A DNA stretch of 34,417 nucleotides from positions 1-34,417 of the IMG/VR virus record IMGVR_UViG_3300033816_000368. One strand, given 5' to 3'. The number at the start of each line of letters is the position of its first letter. Position 1 is the first letter of the stretch. Of the stretch, positions 18,617 through 27,157 are shown piece after piece. The translations under genes were made by a program, and so were the position numbers. Under the pieces are notes generated by a model. The model was not told where the DNA came from and searched no databases. It saw only the letters and a program-made list of their open reading frames with translations. Origin of the DNA: a virus. Lineage: Duplodnaviria; Caudoviricetes.

Positions 18617-20159
18617 TGAGTAAAGTCATTGCATCTGGATTCTTGCTGGGATCGAACAGCGGTGTACCTGCAAGAGCAGCAGTCTGGTTGACCAGAGCCA
18701 TCTCCTTCTGCATACCCATCTGTTGTTGCATCTCAGCTTGTTGTGCTTCCATGCTCTTGATCAGGTTCAGTACATCGATGCCTTGGGCAGCAGCAAGACG
18801 CTTGATTGCCTCGTCGGGGTTGATGTACTTACTAAGAGCTTCAGGTCCAATGGTCTGGGCAATCGTCTGCAGGAACGATGTAAGGCTTTCCCGATCTTGA
18901 CCACGACCAAGAGCGTTGATACCAGCAACGATGGTTGGATTAACCAGACCCTTTGGAAGCCTGACGATTTCACCGCTTCGTTGCATCACATTCAGTTTTC
19001 GATTCAGATATGGAATCAGGAACTCAACAGTCAGAAGACTGAATAGTCCACCGAGTTGTTGCTCCAGTTCCATCTGAGTCATCCGCACTTCTTCAGCAGT
19101 AGTGCGTTCACTCTGACGTGGATTCAGTACAAGCATTGCTTCGCTGATTCGCCGTTCAAGTGTTGATGCCATCTCAGCAGCTGTACGGAAGTCAGCAGTT
19201 TTGCCAACCTGGATGACACCGATGTCGTCGGGTCGCCCCTGGACGATGGCGCCATTTCCAGCAGCAGCAATAGTTGCAGGCTTTGTCGTACTACTAGGAG
19301 ACACAACAAAGACCACTTTTGCAGCAGCAGCAGAACCTTCAACCAACGCTTGCATCAACGCTTCAAGAGAACGCAAGTCACCGAGGAATTCCTCAACGCG
19401 ACCACGCCCGAAGCATTCACCATCAACGGTGTTAAACCTCAATGGAAGCCAAGGACTTGCATCAATAGGTGCTTTACCCATTGACCCAGGAAGGATCTTA
19501 TCCAGAACTTCTTGGTGCCAGATCCAACGGTTGTTATCACGTCGGACATGGGTGAAGACTTCAACGTCTTCTTCGTCATTCGAGCCGTCATCACCAGGAG
19601 CATTAGGTACAGCCGTAGCCAGTGGTCCCAATAGCTTCTTACTGATGCGCTCCTTGGTGACGATCTCAATCACCTGGCCGTTACCATCTCGGTCTACAAC
19701 GTACCGGTTCAGCGGATACAACTTAAGACCTTCCTTACCCATGTAGATCAGAGCATTACCTCCAACCACAAGGTGCTTGATTGCTTGGTGAATCACAACC
19801 CGATCACTGCTTGCAGCAATCGAGTCCATCACCATCCGTTCAAGCTTGGCAAAGCTCAGGTCCAGTTCAGACCGTGCCTCTGCCGGAAGCTCAACACCTA
19901 ACTTGGAATCATTAATCTGTAGCTTAAAGAAGCTGGTCTGTGGAGGTAGGAGAGCAAGCATCAGTTTCGATGCCAACGTCACCACACCCTTTGCACCAAC
20001 GCTTTGCCACGGAGTAATCAGACGCTTGTAGGAGGTTCGACCGACGTACTCTTCCTGTTGAATCAGATAGGGAAGAGTCAGTTCGGAACACTGAACAGCA
20101 ACGTCGAGAGTCTGTGTACGGTTTCGTGTGAGATAATCATACCGTGTACGAGCTGTCAT
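18552..20159 (-). CDS. Portal / head-to-tail connector (T7 gp8-like)
   Basis: WQSVGAKGVVTLASKLMLALLPP, YVVDRDGNG, GRGRVEEFLGDL and ERTTAEEVR motifs. Confidence 0.97.
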   Translation of the reverse strand: MTARTRYDYLTRNRTQTLDVAVQCSELTLPYLIQQEEYVGRTSYKRLITPWQSVGAKGVVTLASKLMLALLPPQTSFFKLQINDSKLGVELPAEARSELDLSFAKLERMVMDSIAASSDRVVIHQAIKHLVVGGNALIYMGKEGLKLYPLNRYVVDRDGNGQVIEIVTKERISKKLLGPLATAVPNAPGDDGSNDEEDVEVFTHVRRDNNRWIWHQEVLDKILPGSMGKAPIDASPWLPLRFNTVDGECFGRGRVEEFLGDLRSLEALMQALVEGSAAAAKVVFVVSPSSTTKPATIAAAGNGAIVQGRPDDIGVIQVGKTADFRTAAEMASTLERRISEAMLVLNPRQSERTTAEEVRMTQMELEQQLGGLFSLLTVEFLIPYLNRKLNVMQRSGEIVRLPKGLVNPTIVAGINALGRGQDRESLTSFLQTIAQTIGPEALSKYINPDEAIKRLAAAQGIDVLNLIKSMEAQQAEMQQQMGMQKEMALVNQTAALAGTPLFDPSKNPDAMTLLNGQTDTQQAPTGQEGTPPPGL

Positions 20160-20161
20160 CT

Positions 20162-20941
20162 TTACATGCCAATATTGACGCCGGAAGCAGAACCGACCTT
20201 AAGGGTGTTACGGAACTGACCAGTACCACGACTAGTCAAACCGGCAGCACGAGCCGTTGACCTCTTACGACGGAAAGACGTAGCCGTGCCGTCAACAGTA
20301 GAGCCCGTTCCACTGCTGAGTGCAATTGGGTCGGGCTTTTCTTCAGGCAACAGTGGCGGTGCCGCTTCTCCGCCACCAGCACCAGTTCCAGGAGCCCAAG
20401 GACCCGGACCATTTGGATCGGATGGTTTAATTTCCATGCCGTCATAAGGACCAGCCCCACGGCCGGAGGAACTAGCATTCGCAACTGCTTGTGGTTTGAT
20501 CTGCAGCTGAGGTGCTCCGTTGTAGGAACCGATAACTTGCTGACCTTGAGGGATCTTACCTGTACCGGCAGTACTCGTACCATTGAAATCAGAAGTTCCT
20601 TTGGCTTGTGTAACTGCTTGGCCGATAGCACCACTACCGTAGTTGTTGTACGGATCACTCAGGCCAAGACTTGCCGGCGACTGACCCATAACGGTGCGTG
20701 AAGTCGGAGTCTGCAGCAAGCTATTGAATGCTGCACTACCAAGACCAATAGGTGCCTTGTTATTAGCAGCACTGTTTGCGTTGACCTTATCAAGCTGGCG
20801 GATGACTTGATCGACATCCTTACCAGTTTGATTCGAGATCTTCATAACCTCGTTCTTGCTAAGGTTGCCGTTTGATCCAAGATCCTTGATCGCTTGGCGT
20901 ACCGAAGGCGGATCTGCCTTCTTGTTGTTATTCTTGGCCAT
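20162..20941 (-). CDS. Low-complexity virion-associated protein (T7 gp6.7/7.3 position)
   Basis: 259 aa, Gly/Ser/Pro-rich, basic C-terminus ending ...LKVG...GVNIGM, immediately before the portal gene. Confidence 0.6.
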   Translation of the reverse strand: MAKNNNKKADPPSVRQAIKDLGSNGNLSKNEVMKISNQTGKDVDQVIRQLDKVNANSAANNKAPIGLGSAAFNSLLQTPTSRTVMGQSPASLGLSDPYNNYGSGAIGQAVTQAKGTSDFNGTSTAGTGKIPQGQQVIGSYNGAPQLQIKPQAVANASSSGRGAGPYDGMEIKPSDPNGPGPWAPGTGAGGGEAAPPLLPEEKPDPIALSSGTGSTVDGTATSFRRKRSTARAAGLTSRGTGQFRNTLKVGSASGVNIGM

Positions 20942-21137
20942 TTAAATCCTCGTCGGATAATCGGTTAACAATCCACTCGACCACTGAACGCTGACCACTC
21001 TTGTACATGATCATGTTTACTGGATCGCTTGGTTGTGGCAGGAACTGGGGGAAGTTATCCTCCAGCTCTTGCACAAGTCGCTCGACCGTAAGGCCGAGGT
21101 TAAGCATATTGCGGGAGGTTTGTATTTGCATGTTCAA
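20928..21137 (-). CDS. Conserved podovirus hypothetical protein (start may be the internal MLNLG)
   Basis: LVQELEDNFP...IMYKSGQRSVVEWI motif, typical of the small gene upstream of podovirus portal modules. Confidence 0.7.
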   Translation of the reverse strand: MNMQIQTSRNMLNLGLTVERLVQELEDNFPQFLPQPSDPVNMIMYKSGQRSVVEWIVNRLSDEDLNGQE

Positions 21138-21813
21138 AGAAAGCCGGAACTCGTCCTCGTTTGGTCTCGGAAAGTTCGGGTGCCTTACCTTCGTACATCA
21201 GACGGTCGCTTGCATCCAGCCAAAATTTTTTGCTTAGATACTTATCAGGACTTGCTGCCTTCAACGGCTGCATCACCCAATTTATTGTTGCCTTACGGAG
21301 TTTGTCGAGACTTGCAGAGGGCGTAAGCCCAAGCTCTCGGCATACGATACTGTTGGCAGCAACGTGGATCTGTTCATCTCGGCTGATGTCAGCTGATACG
21401 GTCCTGAGTCCAGCGTCACCATTAAACCTAAACAGTGGGAGTAGTACGAAGAACACCGCACGCTCGGCCACCAGTGCCTTGAGGACTGTGTGATCAGGAT
21501 GCGTCGTCCACGCTTCTCTAATTCTCTTGGCTTCTTCCTCAGCTTTCGGATCAACGCCGAGAGCATTGGCAATGTAGCCGAGAGCCAGGTCGTGGTTTTC
21601 TTCGTCTTTGATATTGGATCGCAGTAGGTCTTGCGATAGAACTGGAATTTCACTAAGAGCAGATTCAATGAAGTCTCCAACGGGTAGTTCCATGTGACGC
21701 ATTGCCAGGGCTCGGAAGATGACTTCCTCTGCACCTTCCTTTACTTGTCCAGCAGTTGTCTGAACAGGAGTCCAGGTCCGCTTTCTATTCTGTAGCTTTT
21801 GATAGGGATTCAT
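21100..21813 (-). CDS. nrdB: Ribonucleotide reductase class I beta subunit (short ferritin-like, cyanophage type)
   Basis: Two DExxH-type metal motifs (DEENH, DEQIH) plus ELPV and AERAVFF. TAATG coupling to the alpha gene gives the ATG at 21813. Confidence 0.8.
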   Translation of the reverse strand: MNPYQKLQNRKRTWTPVQTTAGQVKEGAEEVIFRALAMRHMELPVGDFIESALSEIPVLSQDLLRSNIKDEENHDLALGYIANALGVDPKAEEEAKRIREAWTTHPDHTVLKALVAERAVFFVLLPLFRFNGDAGLRTVSADISRDEQIHVAANSIVCRELGLTPSASLDKLRKATINWVMQPLKAASPDKYLSKKFWLDASDRLMYEGKAPELSETKRGRVPAFFEHANTNLPQYA

Positions 21814-23204
21814 TACTCTCCACAATTACAATCTGGTGCTGGATCGCCAAGGATGGAATCCAGGTAGTCGTCAACCTCAGCCTCATCCAATGCAGCGTAT
21901 GCACTGGACTTATCCTGTACATCACTCATCACTTGAAGGCTGTAATACAGCGACGTTTGTGGCGAGTTCAACCACTCTTCAATGAACGCTTCGTCGTATG
22001 TGACGACATCGCTCCAACTGTTGAATGAGTAACCGTGCAGGAGGCCTGTACCGTTGAGGAGTGAGACGACACCATTGGCTACATTGAAGTAGTCATCCCA
22101 GCCAACTTCAGATGCGATCTCAACTGGACCGTAGTCAAAGCTCTGGACACCAAACGTACCGCTATCACGGTCAACCTGGCGGGCAATAGGAGGAGCGATC
22201 TCAGGACAGGTGGTGTACCCATCGAGGTCTTTGTAGCGGTAGCTGCACGAGGCAGTAGGAGCGATGGCAAAGGCACGATCCATCGAGTAGAAGCGAGCCA
22301 CCTGGGCAGCAGCTTCGACACCTTCCTTCAGTGCCTTAGCAATCAGCACAGCAGGAGTCTCTACTTCATTACGAAAGTCACGACCTGCATTCACCTTTGT
22401 GAGGGCTTCACCGAACTCTTTGTAAGAGACTCCATAGCGTCGGAGTAGGTTGGCAAGGCCAAGCATTCCGAGACCGACTTGGCGATCAGTCTCGCTAGGT
22501 AGGTACTCCCCACTATCTCCGACATTCGTTTTGGAGTGTAGGCTGCACAGCTCGGACATTCCGTTGACAAACGCACCTTGAATGTCATCGAGTTCACATC
22601 CCCCGAGGTTGACATGCTGCAGAAGACAGGTTCCTCGTGAAGGCAGGTACACTTCCAGGCATACGTTTCCTCGGATACGATTTCCATCTTTGTCTACCTT
22701 TGTTTTGTTGAGCCAAATGTCTCCACGCTTGATACCAAAGATCAGAGCATCCCGAACCTCTTGAGAAGCTTCAGTCCACCAATGGGGATTGATGTTTACA
22801 CACCGCTTTACCCAAGGAAGATCAGATCGATTAGCTTCAATAAACTCAAGGATGTCAGGATGGTTAAGGTCAAGATGGCACACGACAGCACCGTTCTTGT
22901 AAACACCCCCGCGTCGGAGTACTTCATTCAGGGTCGAGTAGATCTTGGCGAAGGAGACGGGGCCAGAGGCTACAAGCCCTTTCCCGTTCTCATCACCCTT
23001 AGGTCGGAGCTTAGACAGGTGGACCGCTACACCAGCTCCGTAGCGCAAGGCGTGGCTGACGAAACGCCAGCTTGCTTCAATTCCATTTGGTCCTTCCATG
23101 GTGTCTTCCACAACGAAGACGGTGCAGGAGACAGGAAGTCGGGAGGTTGGATCGTTGATCCAGTTTTCTACACGGCCAGTTCGTGCAATTTGTTCAGTCT
23201 TCAT
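21813..23204 (-). CDS. nrdA: Ribonucleotide reductase alpha subunit (compact, no ATP cone)
   Basis: SCTV, GNVCLEV (NxCxE), TCLLQHVNL, AIAPTASCS, SLYY tyrosine pair and C-terminal CNC. Likely start MKTEQIARTGRV at 23204. Confidence 0.92.
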   Translation of the reverse strand: MKTEQIARTGRVENWINDPTSRLPVSCTVFVVEDTMEGPNGIEASWRFVSHALRYGAGVAVHLSKLRPKGDENGKGLVASGPVSFAKIYSTLNEVLRRGGVYKNGAVVCHLDLNHPDILEFIEANRSDLPWVKRCVNINPHWWTEASQEVRDALIFGIKRGDIWLNKTKVDKDGNRIRGNVCLEVYLPSRGTCLLQHVNLGGCELDDIQGAFVNGMSELCSLHSKTNVGDSGEYLPSETDRQVGLGMLGLANLLRRYGVSYKEFGEALTKVNAGRDFRNEVETPAVLIAKALKEGVEAAAQVARFYSMDRAFAIAPTASCSYRYKDLDGYTTCPEIAPPIARQVDRDSGTFGVQSFDYGPVEIASEVGWDDYFNVANGVVSLLNGTGLLHGYSFNSWSDVVTYDEAFIEEWLNSPQTSLYYSLQVMSDVQDKSSAYAALDEAEVDDYLDSILGDPAPDCNCGE

Positions 23205-23337
23205 TACTAGGTTTCTTTGGACAATTAAGTACGTAGTTCTGAATGACCCGATAGCAGTACATAGCTTCCTCTGCATCCAGCCCACCATTGACTAAGTCAA
23301 TAGCTGCTTCCAGTACAGCTTGCTGCTCTTCGGTCAT
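23194..23337 (-). CDS. 47-aa hypothetical protein (MTEEQQAVLEAAIDLV...)
   Basis: Translated by hand. ATGA-coupled to the MazG-like stop and overlapping the nrdA start. Confidence 0.6.
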   Translation of the reverse strand: MTEEQQAVLEAAIDLVNGGLDAEEAMYCYRVIQNYVLNCPKKPSNED

Positions 23338-23714
23338 ACAAGATCAATCAATTCAGGTTCGTAGTAGTTCGGTCCTTTGAGGATCTTTCCATCCTCTCGG
23401 TGGATAGGCTTTCCATCCTCACCGAGCTTGGACATGTTGCTTCCATGCACTCGGTTGTATGCAGTTTGCAGATCCCACCCAAAGCAAGCAGCCATTTGGT
23501 GGATGACATACGTCAGATCAGCCAGCTCCTTTAGCATGTGAGCCCGTGCCCGCTTGTTCGTGATGTCCTGCTTCAGCAGCAAGAACGCATGAGCAAGTTC
23601 AAGGTGCTCCTCATCGATCAAATTCTGCTGCAGATTCAAAGAGGAAGTCGTCAGCCCGAGCGGCTGCTCGTACTTGTTCCTGAACTCGTAGGCAGCTGTT
23701 TCGTAGAAACTCAC
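23334..23714 (-). CDS. MazG-like / HisE-like all-alpha NTP pyrophosphohydrolase
   Basis: LIDEEHLEL...LKELADLTYV...RVHGSNMSKLG.DGKP..REDGKILKGPNY. Probable GTG start at 23714; the ORF is open to 23801. Confidence 0.85.
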   Translation of the reverse strand: MSFYETAAYEFRNKYEQPLGLTTSSLNLQQNLIDEEHLELAHAFLLLKQDITNKRARAHMLKELADLTYVIHQMAACFGWDLQTAYNRVHGSNMSKLGEDGKPIHREDGKILKGPNYYEPELIDLV

Positions 23715-23895
23715 GTTCGTTTTCGAGGTAGTGGATTGCTTTGTCGAGGTCTGCGAGTGCGTCGTCTTTGTGTCCAGCACGGCAGATGTATTTGATTGCA
23801 TTTCCTAAGTGGTAGTTGAGTTGCTGGTCACGGACAAAATCCCAAACTTCTATGCTTCCACGTTTGTAGTAGCCTGGTCCCTTGGCATTGGCCAT
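23611..23895 (-). CDS. DUF3310 family protein (T7 gp1.7-like nucleotide kinase family)
   Basis: P.YY.RG.IEVWDF......YHLGNAIKYICRAGHK....DL.KAIHYL signature. Confidence 0.85.
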   Translation of the reverse strand: MANAKGPGYYKRGSIEVWDFVRDQQLNYHLGNAIKYICRAGHKDDALADLDKAIHYLENEREFLRNSCLRVQEQVRAAARADDFLFESAAEFDR

Positions 23896-24044
23896 TGTTT
23901 AACTAGGTTAGATACGGTGTTTGAAAGAACAAAGTTCTGATGCTGTAGTGCCATGAAGACCGTGATGATGTCTTCCTTCTTGGCGTCAGGCAGCAGATCC
24001 GTCAGCCGCCGCAGCTTGAACTGTTGTTCCATTGTCAGCTCCAT
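23850..24044 (-). CDS. nblA: NblA-like phycobilisome degradation adaptor (N-terminal extension possible; frame open to 24143)
   Basis: ELTMEQQFKLRRL...KEDIITVFMALQHQNFVLSNTVSNLVKQW fits the NblA pattern L[ST].EQ.F.L...Q......N....L.K.W. Confidence 0.75.
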   Translation of the reverse strand: MELTMEQQFKLRRLTDLLPDAKKEDIITVFMALQHQNFVLSNTVSNLVKQWPMPRDQATTNVEA

Positions 24045-24780
24045 CACTGGAGGTGGGGGTCCAAAGGACTGGGGTGTTTGTGTCACGGTCGAAGTTTTCG
24101 TATTGAAGGATTTTGGCAAGCCGTGCATTAGAAAGAGCATCATCAGCAGTCAGTCCTTTTTCTTCAAAGGTTTCAACAACGGTGTCCCATGTCCAACCTT
24201 TCTTTTCAAACAGAGCCACAGCCCGTTTGATTCCAATCCCAGGAACACCTCCGTAGCCATCCGTCTGGTCACCACTCATCGTTTGAATCAGGTGCCAACG
24301 ATCCCCCATCTCCTTGGTGATTTCAGTCACAGGGTTTGTTAGGTCAAATAGTTGACCAGGGATCTGCCGCATGTCTTTGTCTGGTGAACACAAGATGTGG
24401 CCAGCATCAGCCTCAACAGGATCAGTAGCGAAGACACCCAGAGCATCATCTGCTTCCAGGTCGTCAATCATGATCGTGTCGTAGTTATCGCCGCACCAGT
24501 TGAGCAAACGTTTGTAGCCGCATGGCTTCTTACGAGTTCGGTGTCCTTTGTATTCGGGAGAAATTTTCTTCCTGAAATTTGTAGGGCTGCTGAAGAACAG
24601 CATCACATCATCCATCCCACCGAGACACTCGACAATGCTGTTGAGTTCCCGTTGGAACATGTCCAAGACATCGGAGAACCGACTGGTGACAACGATTACG
24701 TCATTACCAAAGTCTGTCTCGTCTTCGCAGGCTGCACATGATTTGTATGCGAGGTAATCAGCGTCAATGAGTAGTGTCAT
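23986..24780 (-). CDS. 5'-3' exonuclease (T7 gp6-like)
   Basis: LLIDAD, NFRK...YKGHR, LEADDALG, SPDKDMRQIPG and GDQTDGYGGVPGIG motifs. Confidence 0.95.
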   Translation of the reverse strand: MTLLIDADYLAYKSCAACEDETDFGNDVIVVTSRFSDVLDMFQRELNSIVECLGGMDDVMLFFSSPTNFRKKISPEYKGHRTRKKPCGYKRLLNWCGDNYDTIMIDDLEADDALGVFATDPVEADAGHILCSPDKDMRQIPGQLFDLTNPVTEITKEMGDRWHLIQTMSGDQTDGYGGVPGIGIKRAVALFEKKGWTWDTVVETFEEKGLTADDALSNARLAKILQYENFDRDTNTPVLWTPTSSDGADNGTTVQAAAADGSAA

Positions 24781-24917
24781 TTACCCTGACCTCGTCGCAG
24801 TTTCTTTGTGTCCTTTTGGAGTGACCGGGTCCCGTTCCCTTGGCGGGTATGCTTGAACTTGGCACGTGATTCAAATTGTTTGTGGGCTAGGTTTGTTTTT
24901 GATTTGAGTGGTGGCAT
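24777..24917 (-). CDS. 46-aa basic hypothetical protein (...KHTRQGNG...RRGQGK)
   Basis: Translated by hand. Coupled on both sides (TAAATG, ATGA). The TRQG/RGQG motif is typical of small cyanophage proteins. Confidence 0.7.
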   Translation of the reverse strand: MPPLKSKTNLAHKQFESRAKFKHTRQGNGTRSLQKDTKKLRRGQGK

Positions 24918-25316
24918 TTATTTTTCCCAGAAGTTTTCAAGGCCAGCCGGCACTGTCTTTGGATGCCAACTAATCTGATGTGTGATTGGATGTACTGCGA
25001 TCATGTACACACCAGGCGCGACTCTTCCAATTTGTGGAGCGTAGTAGTTTCTTCCACGTTTAGTCATTACCTTCACATCACACTTCAAGAGGTGCCCCTT
25101 GTGCGATATCACTAGATCTGTATCCCCACTACAGCCTATGTTTTTGAAGACTTCAGCACCCTTTTTCCAAGCAACTAGTGAGGTGTGCAACTCCCAGTAG
25201 TCACCCTTTCTGTTGCAGTCAGTGGGTTTCAGCCCAGGTTTTCCCGGTACTAGCTTCAGCGGCGATTGGAATTCGGAGGTTGTAGTACTCTCCAGATTGA
25301 GCTGCTGCGAGTTCAA
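24918..25316 (-). CDS. Free-standing PD-(D/E)XK endonuclease resembling the I-Ssp6803I homing endonuclease family; start uncertain (TTG 25316 or CTG 25232)
   Basis: KGDYWE...KKGAEVFKNIG...DLVISHKGHLLKCDVK has the KGD..E/Q...G..V....G...DLV....G.LLK.[QD]VK layout of this family. Confidence 0.7.
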   Translation of the reverse strand: MNSQQLNLESTTTSEFQSPLKLVPGKPGLKPTDCNRKGDYWELHTSLVAWKKGAEVFKNIGCSGDTDLVISHKGHLLKCDVKVMTKRGRNYYAPQIGRVAPGVYMIAVHPITHQISWHPKTVPAGLENFWEK

Positions 25317-26490
25317 GATTAAACATTAGAGTGTCCGCATGAGCGGGGTTACATTCAAACTGCACTTCGTCGTGTATAAACCCCAACTGATGTGCATCAA
25401 TATTCAGTTGTTTCAGTTGATCGTTGGCAATTAGCATCCAACGCTTTGCGATGACACCAGCTCCTGATTGCAGCAGGTAGTTCAGCGCCTTATGGGGGCC
25501 ATCAACAGCGATACGTCGTCCGTCAATTGAATTGACATAGCCAGCTGATTGAACCTTTTCCTTGACGGCATTAACAAGGCTCTCAAGACCTTCAATTGCA
25601 TCGAGATACGCTTGACGTATTTCTGCACCCTTCTTTCTTGCCTTAACGGTTGGAAGTTGAGGGTCATATGAGAGTCCGATCTTTTCGTTCCCAGCCCCGT
25701 AAAGAAAAGCATAGGTAACGGTCTTGACGAGCTTACGACTAATGCCAATCTTGTCGGCATTAACTTGGTGGATATCACCATTAAGCAGGATTTCACCATA
25801 GCGCCCATCGTCATAACGACTAAGGTAATGCGCAAACATCCGCAACTCGATGCCGCTAAGATCGGCGCCAACCATGCATAGTCCTGGAGTTGATTGGAAT
25901 AATCGTCTGAATCGTGCATCCGAAGGGACTTGTCCTAGGTTTGGATTTCGATGAGCACATCGATGCGTGTTTGTTGCAACTGAACAGTGGTGATGGACTC
26001 GACCATTTCGACAAAGCTTTAGCCAGGCATTGATGCCTTCCGTCAACATGCCAAGCTGCTTTTTCAATTCCAAGCACTGGAGAAACTCCAGAGCAATTGG
26101 AGTGCCGATGTCCGTCAAGACAACTTCATCCACGGTTGCTTTCCCTTTGTCAGTGAACTGAGTAGGTTTCCATCCGTAGAACTCCTTCATCACCCAGGCG
26201 ATGTGCTCTCGACTGGTGGGGTTAAGATCCTTGATGCGCGTAAAAGTGCATCCAGTGAAATATCCCGTGGTCTTGTTAGGGCGACGAGGAGTAAACTCGC
26301 TTCCCGCAACGAAAGGGTGCCGTCTGCGGAGAGCTGCTGACAACGATTCAAGTGAAGATCGTAGTTCCGATTCCAACTCATAAGCGGATCGCTCGTCGAA
26401 GTACCATCCATGGAGTTCTTGTCTGGTCAGGATTTCTGCAACTTGGTGTTCAAGTAAGACCCATCCAGGTATTTCTGGAAATGTTTCCAT
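25219..26490 (-). CDS. Family A DNA polymerase, polymerase domain (T7 gp5-like C-terminal part)
   Basis: LEHQVA, THRCAHRNPNLGQVP, motif A GADLSGIELR, motif B RKLVKTVTYAFLYG and motif C IHDEVQ. First ATG is at 26490. Confidence 0.93.
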   Translation of the reverse strand: METFPEIPGWVLLEHQVAEILTRQELHGWYFDERSAYELESELRSSLESLSAALRRRHPFVAGSEFTPRRPNKTTGYFTGCTFTRIKDLNPTSREHIAWVMKEFYGWKPTQFTDKGKATVDEVVLTDIGTPIALEFLQCLELKKQLGMLTEGINAWLKLCRNGRVHHHCSVATNTHRCAHRNPNLGQVPSDARFRRLFQSTPGLCMVGADLSGIELRMFAHYLSRYDDGRYGEILLNGDIHQVNADKIGISRKLVKTVTYAFLYGAGNEKIGLSYDPQLPTVKARKKGAEIRQAYLDAIEGLESLVNAVKEKVQSAGYVNSIDGRRIAVDGPHKALNYLLQSGAGVIAKRWMLIANDQLKQLNIDAHQLGFIHDEVQFECNPAHADTLMFNLELAAAQSGEYYNLRIPIAAEASTGKTWAETH

Positions 26491-26990
26491 AGTTGTTGAG
26501 TGACCTCTAGGTCTTGTTTGCAGTAATCCTCCATTTCTTGAGACCATTCCTTCCAGTCGGTGTGTTTTGCGAATGTACCTTTGTACACCTTTAGTCGATA
26601 GCCGTAAGCTTCAAGTGAATGCCTACCTACCAGCTTCAGTGGCATGTCTTTCCAGCGGCACACTGACTCTCCCTTGTCGTTCACCTTTCGGTCGATCTTA
26701 AGAAGGTCAGGATGATAAAGGCGAGAAAGAATAAGAGTGTCAAGAGGCCGCTTTGGGGTAAACCATGCATAGAACTTCTGAATTACTGGTACGTCATACC
26801 CGATCACATTGTGACCAATGATCGTGTCAGCCTCCTCCAGCATCGCAATACCACGTGAAATGGGTGGCTGAGTACCGACATCATTGAAGACATAAGTTTC
26901 ACCGTTACCAAGGTCTTTGATAGCAACACAATGAATCTGGGTTACGTTGTTGTAGAGGCCGTCTGTCTCGATGTCAAAGAGAAGGTTCAT
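26427..26990 (-). CDS. Family A DNA polymerase, 3'-5' exonuclease domain (separate reading frame)
   Basis: ExoI FDIETDG, ExoII GHNVIGYD, HSLEAYGYRL and ExoIII YCKQD motifs. Confidence 0.92.
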   Translation of the reverse strand: MNLLFDIETDGLYNNVTQIHCVAIKDLGNGETYVFNDVGTQPPISRGIAMLEEADTIIGHNVIGYDVPVIQKFYAWFTPKRPLDTLILSRLYHPDLLKIDRKVNDKGESVCRWKDMPLKLVGRHSLEAYGYRLKVYKGTFAKHTDWKEWSQEMEDYCKQDLEVTQQLWKHFQKYLDGSYLNTKLQKS

Positions 26991-27157
26991 TAGTAGACAT
27001 CAGTGGGACTCCAATGCGGGTTAACTCCGTAGTGCTCACACAACACCTCAAACAATGCCTCAAGGGTGATGCAGAAACCGGTCTCACCTACTTCACCACG
27101 GCTGTGCATGGCTACTAGCTCATCTGGTGTGCAGATGATGAGGGTGTCGTCAGTCAT
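26990..27157 (-). CDS. 55-aa hypothetical protein (MTDDTLIICTPDELVAM...)
   Basis: Translated by hand. ATGA and TAATG coupling to both neighbours. Confidence 0.65.
   Translation of the reverse strand: MTDDTLIICTPDELVAMHSRGEVGETGFCITLEALFEVLCEHYGVNPHWSPTDVY

Noticed and set aside
23204-23288. N-terminal extension of nrdA given by the ORF track
   Set aside because: The region is better explained by a coupled 47-aa ORF in another frame, and the conserved sequence begins at IARTGRV.
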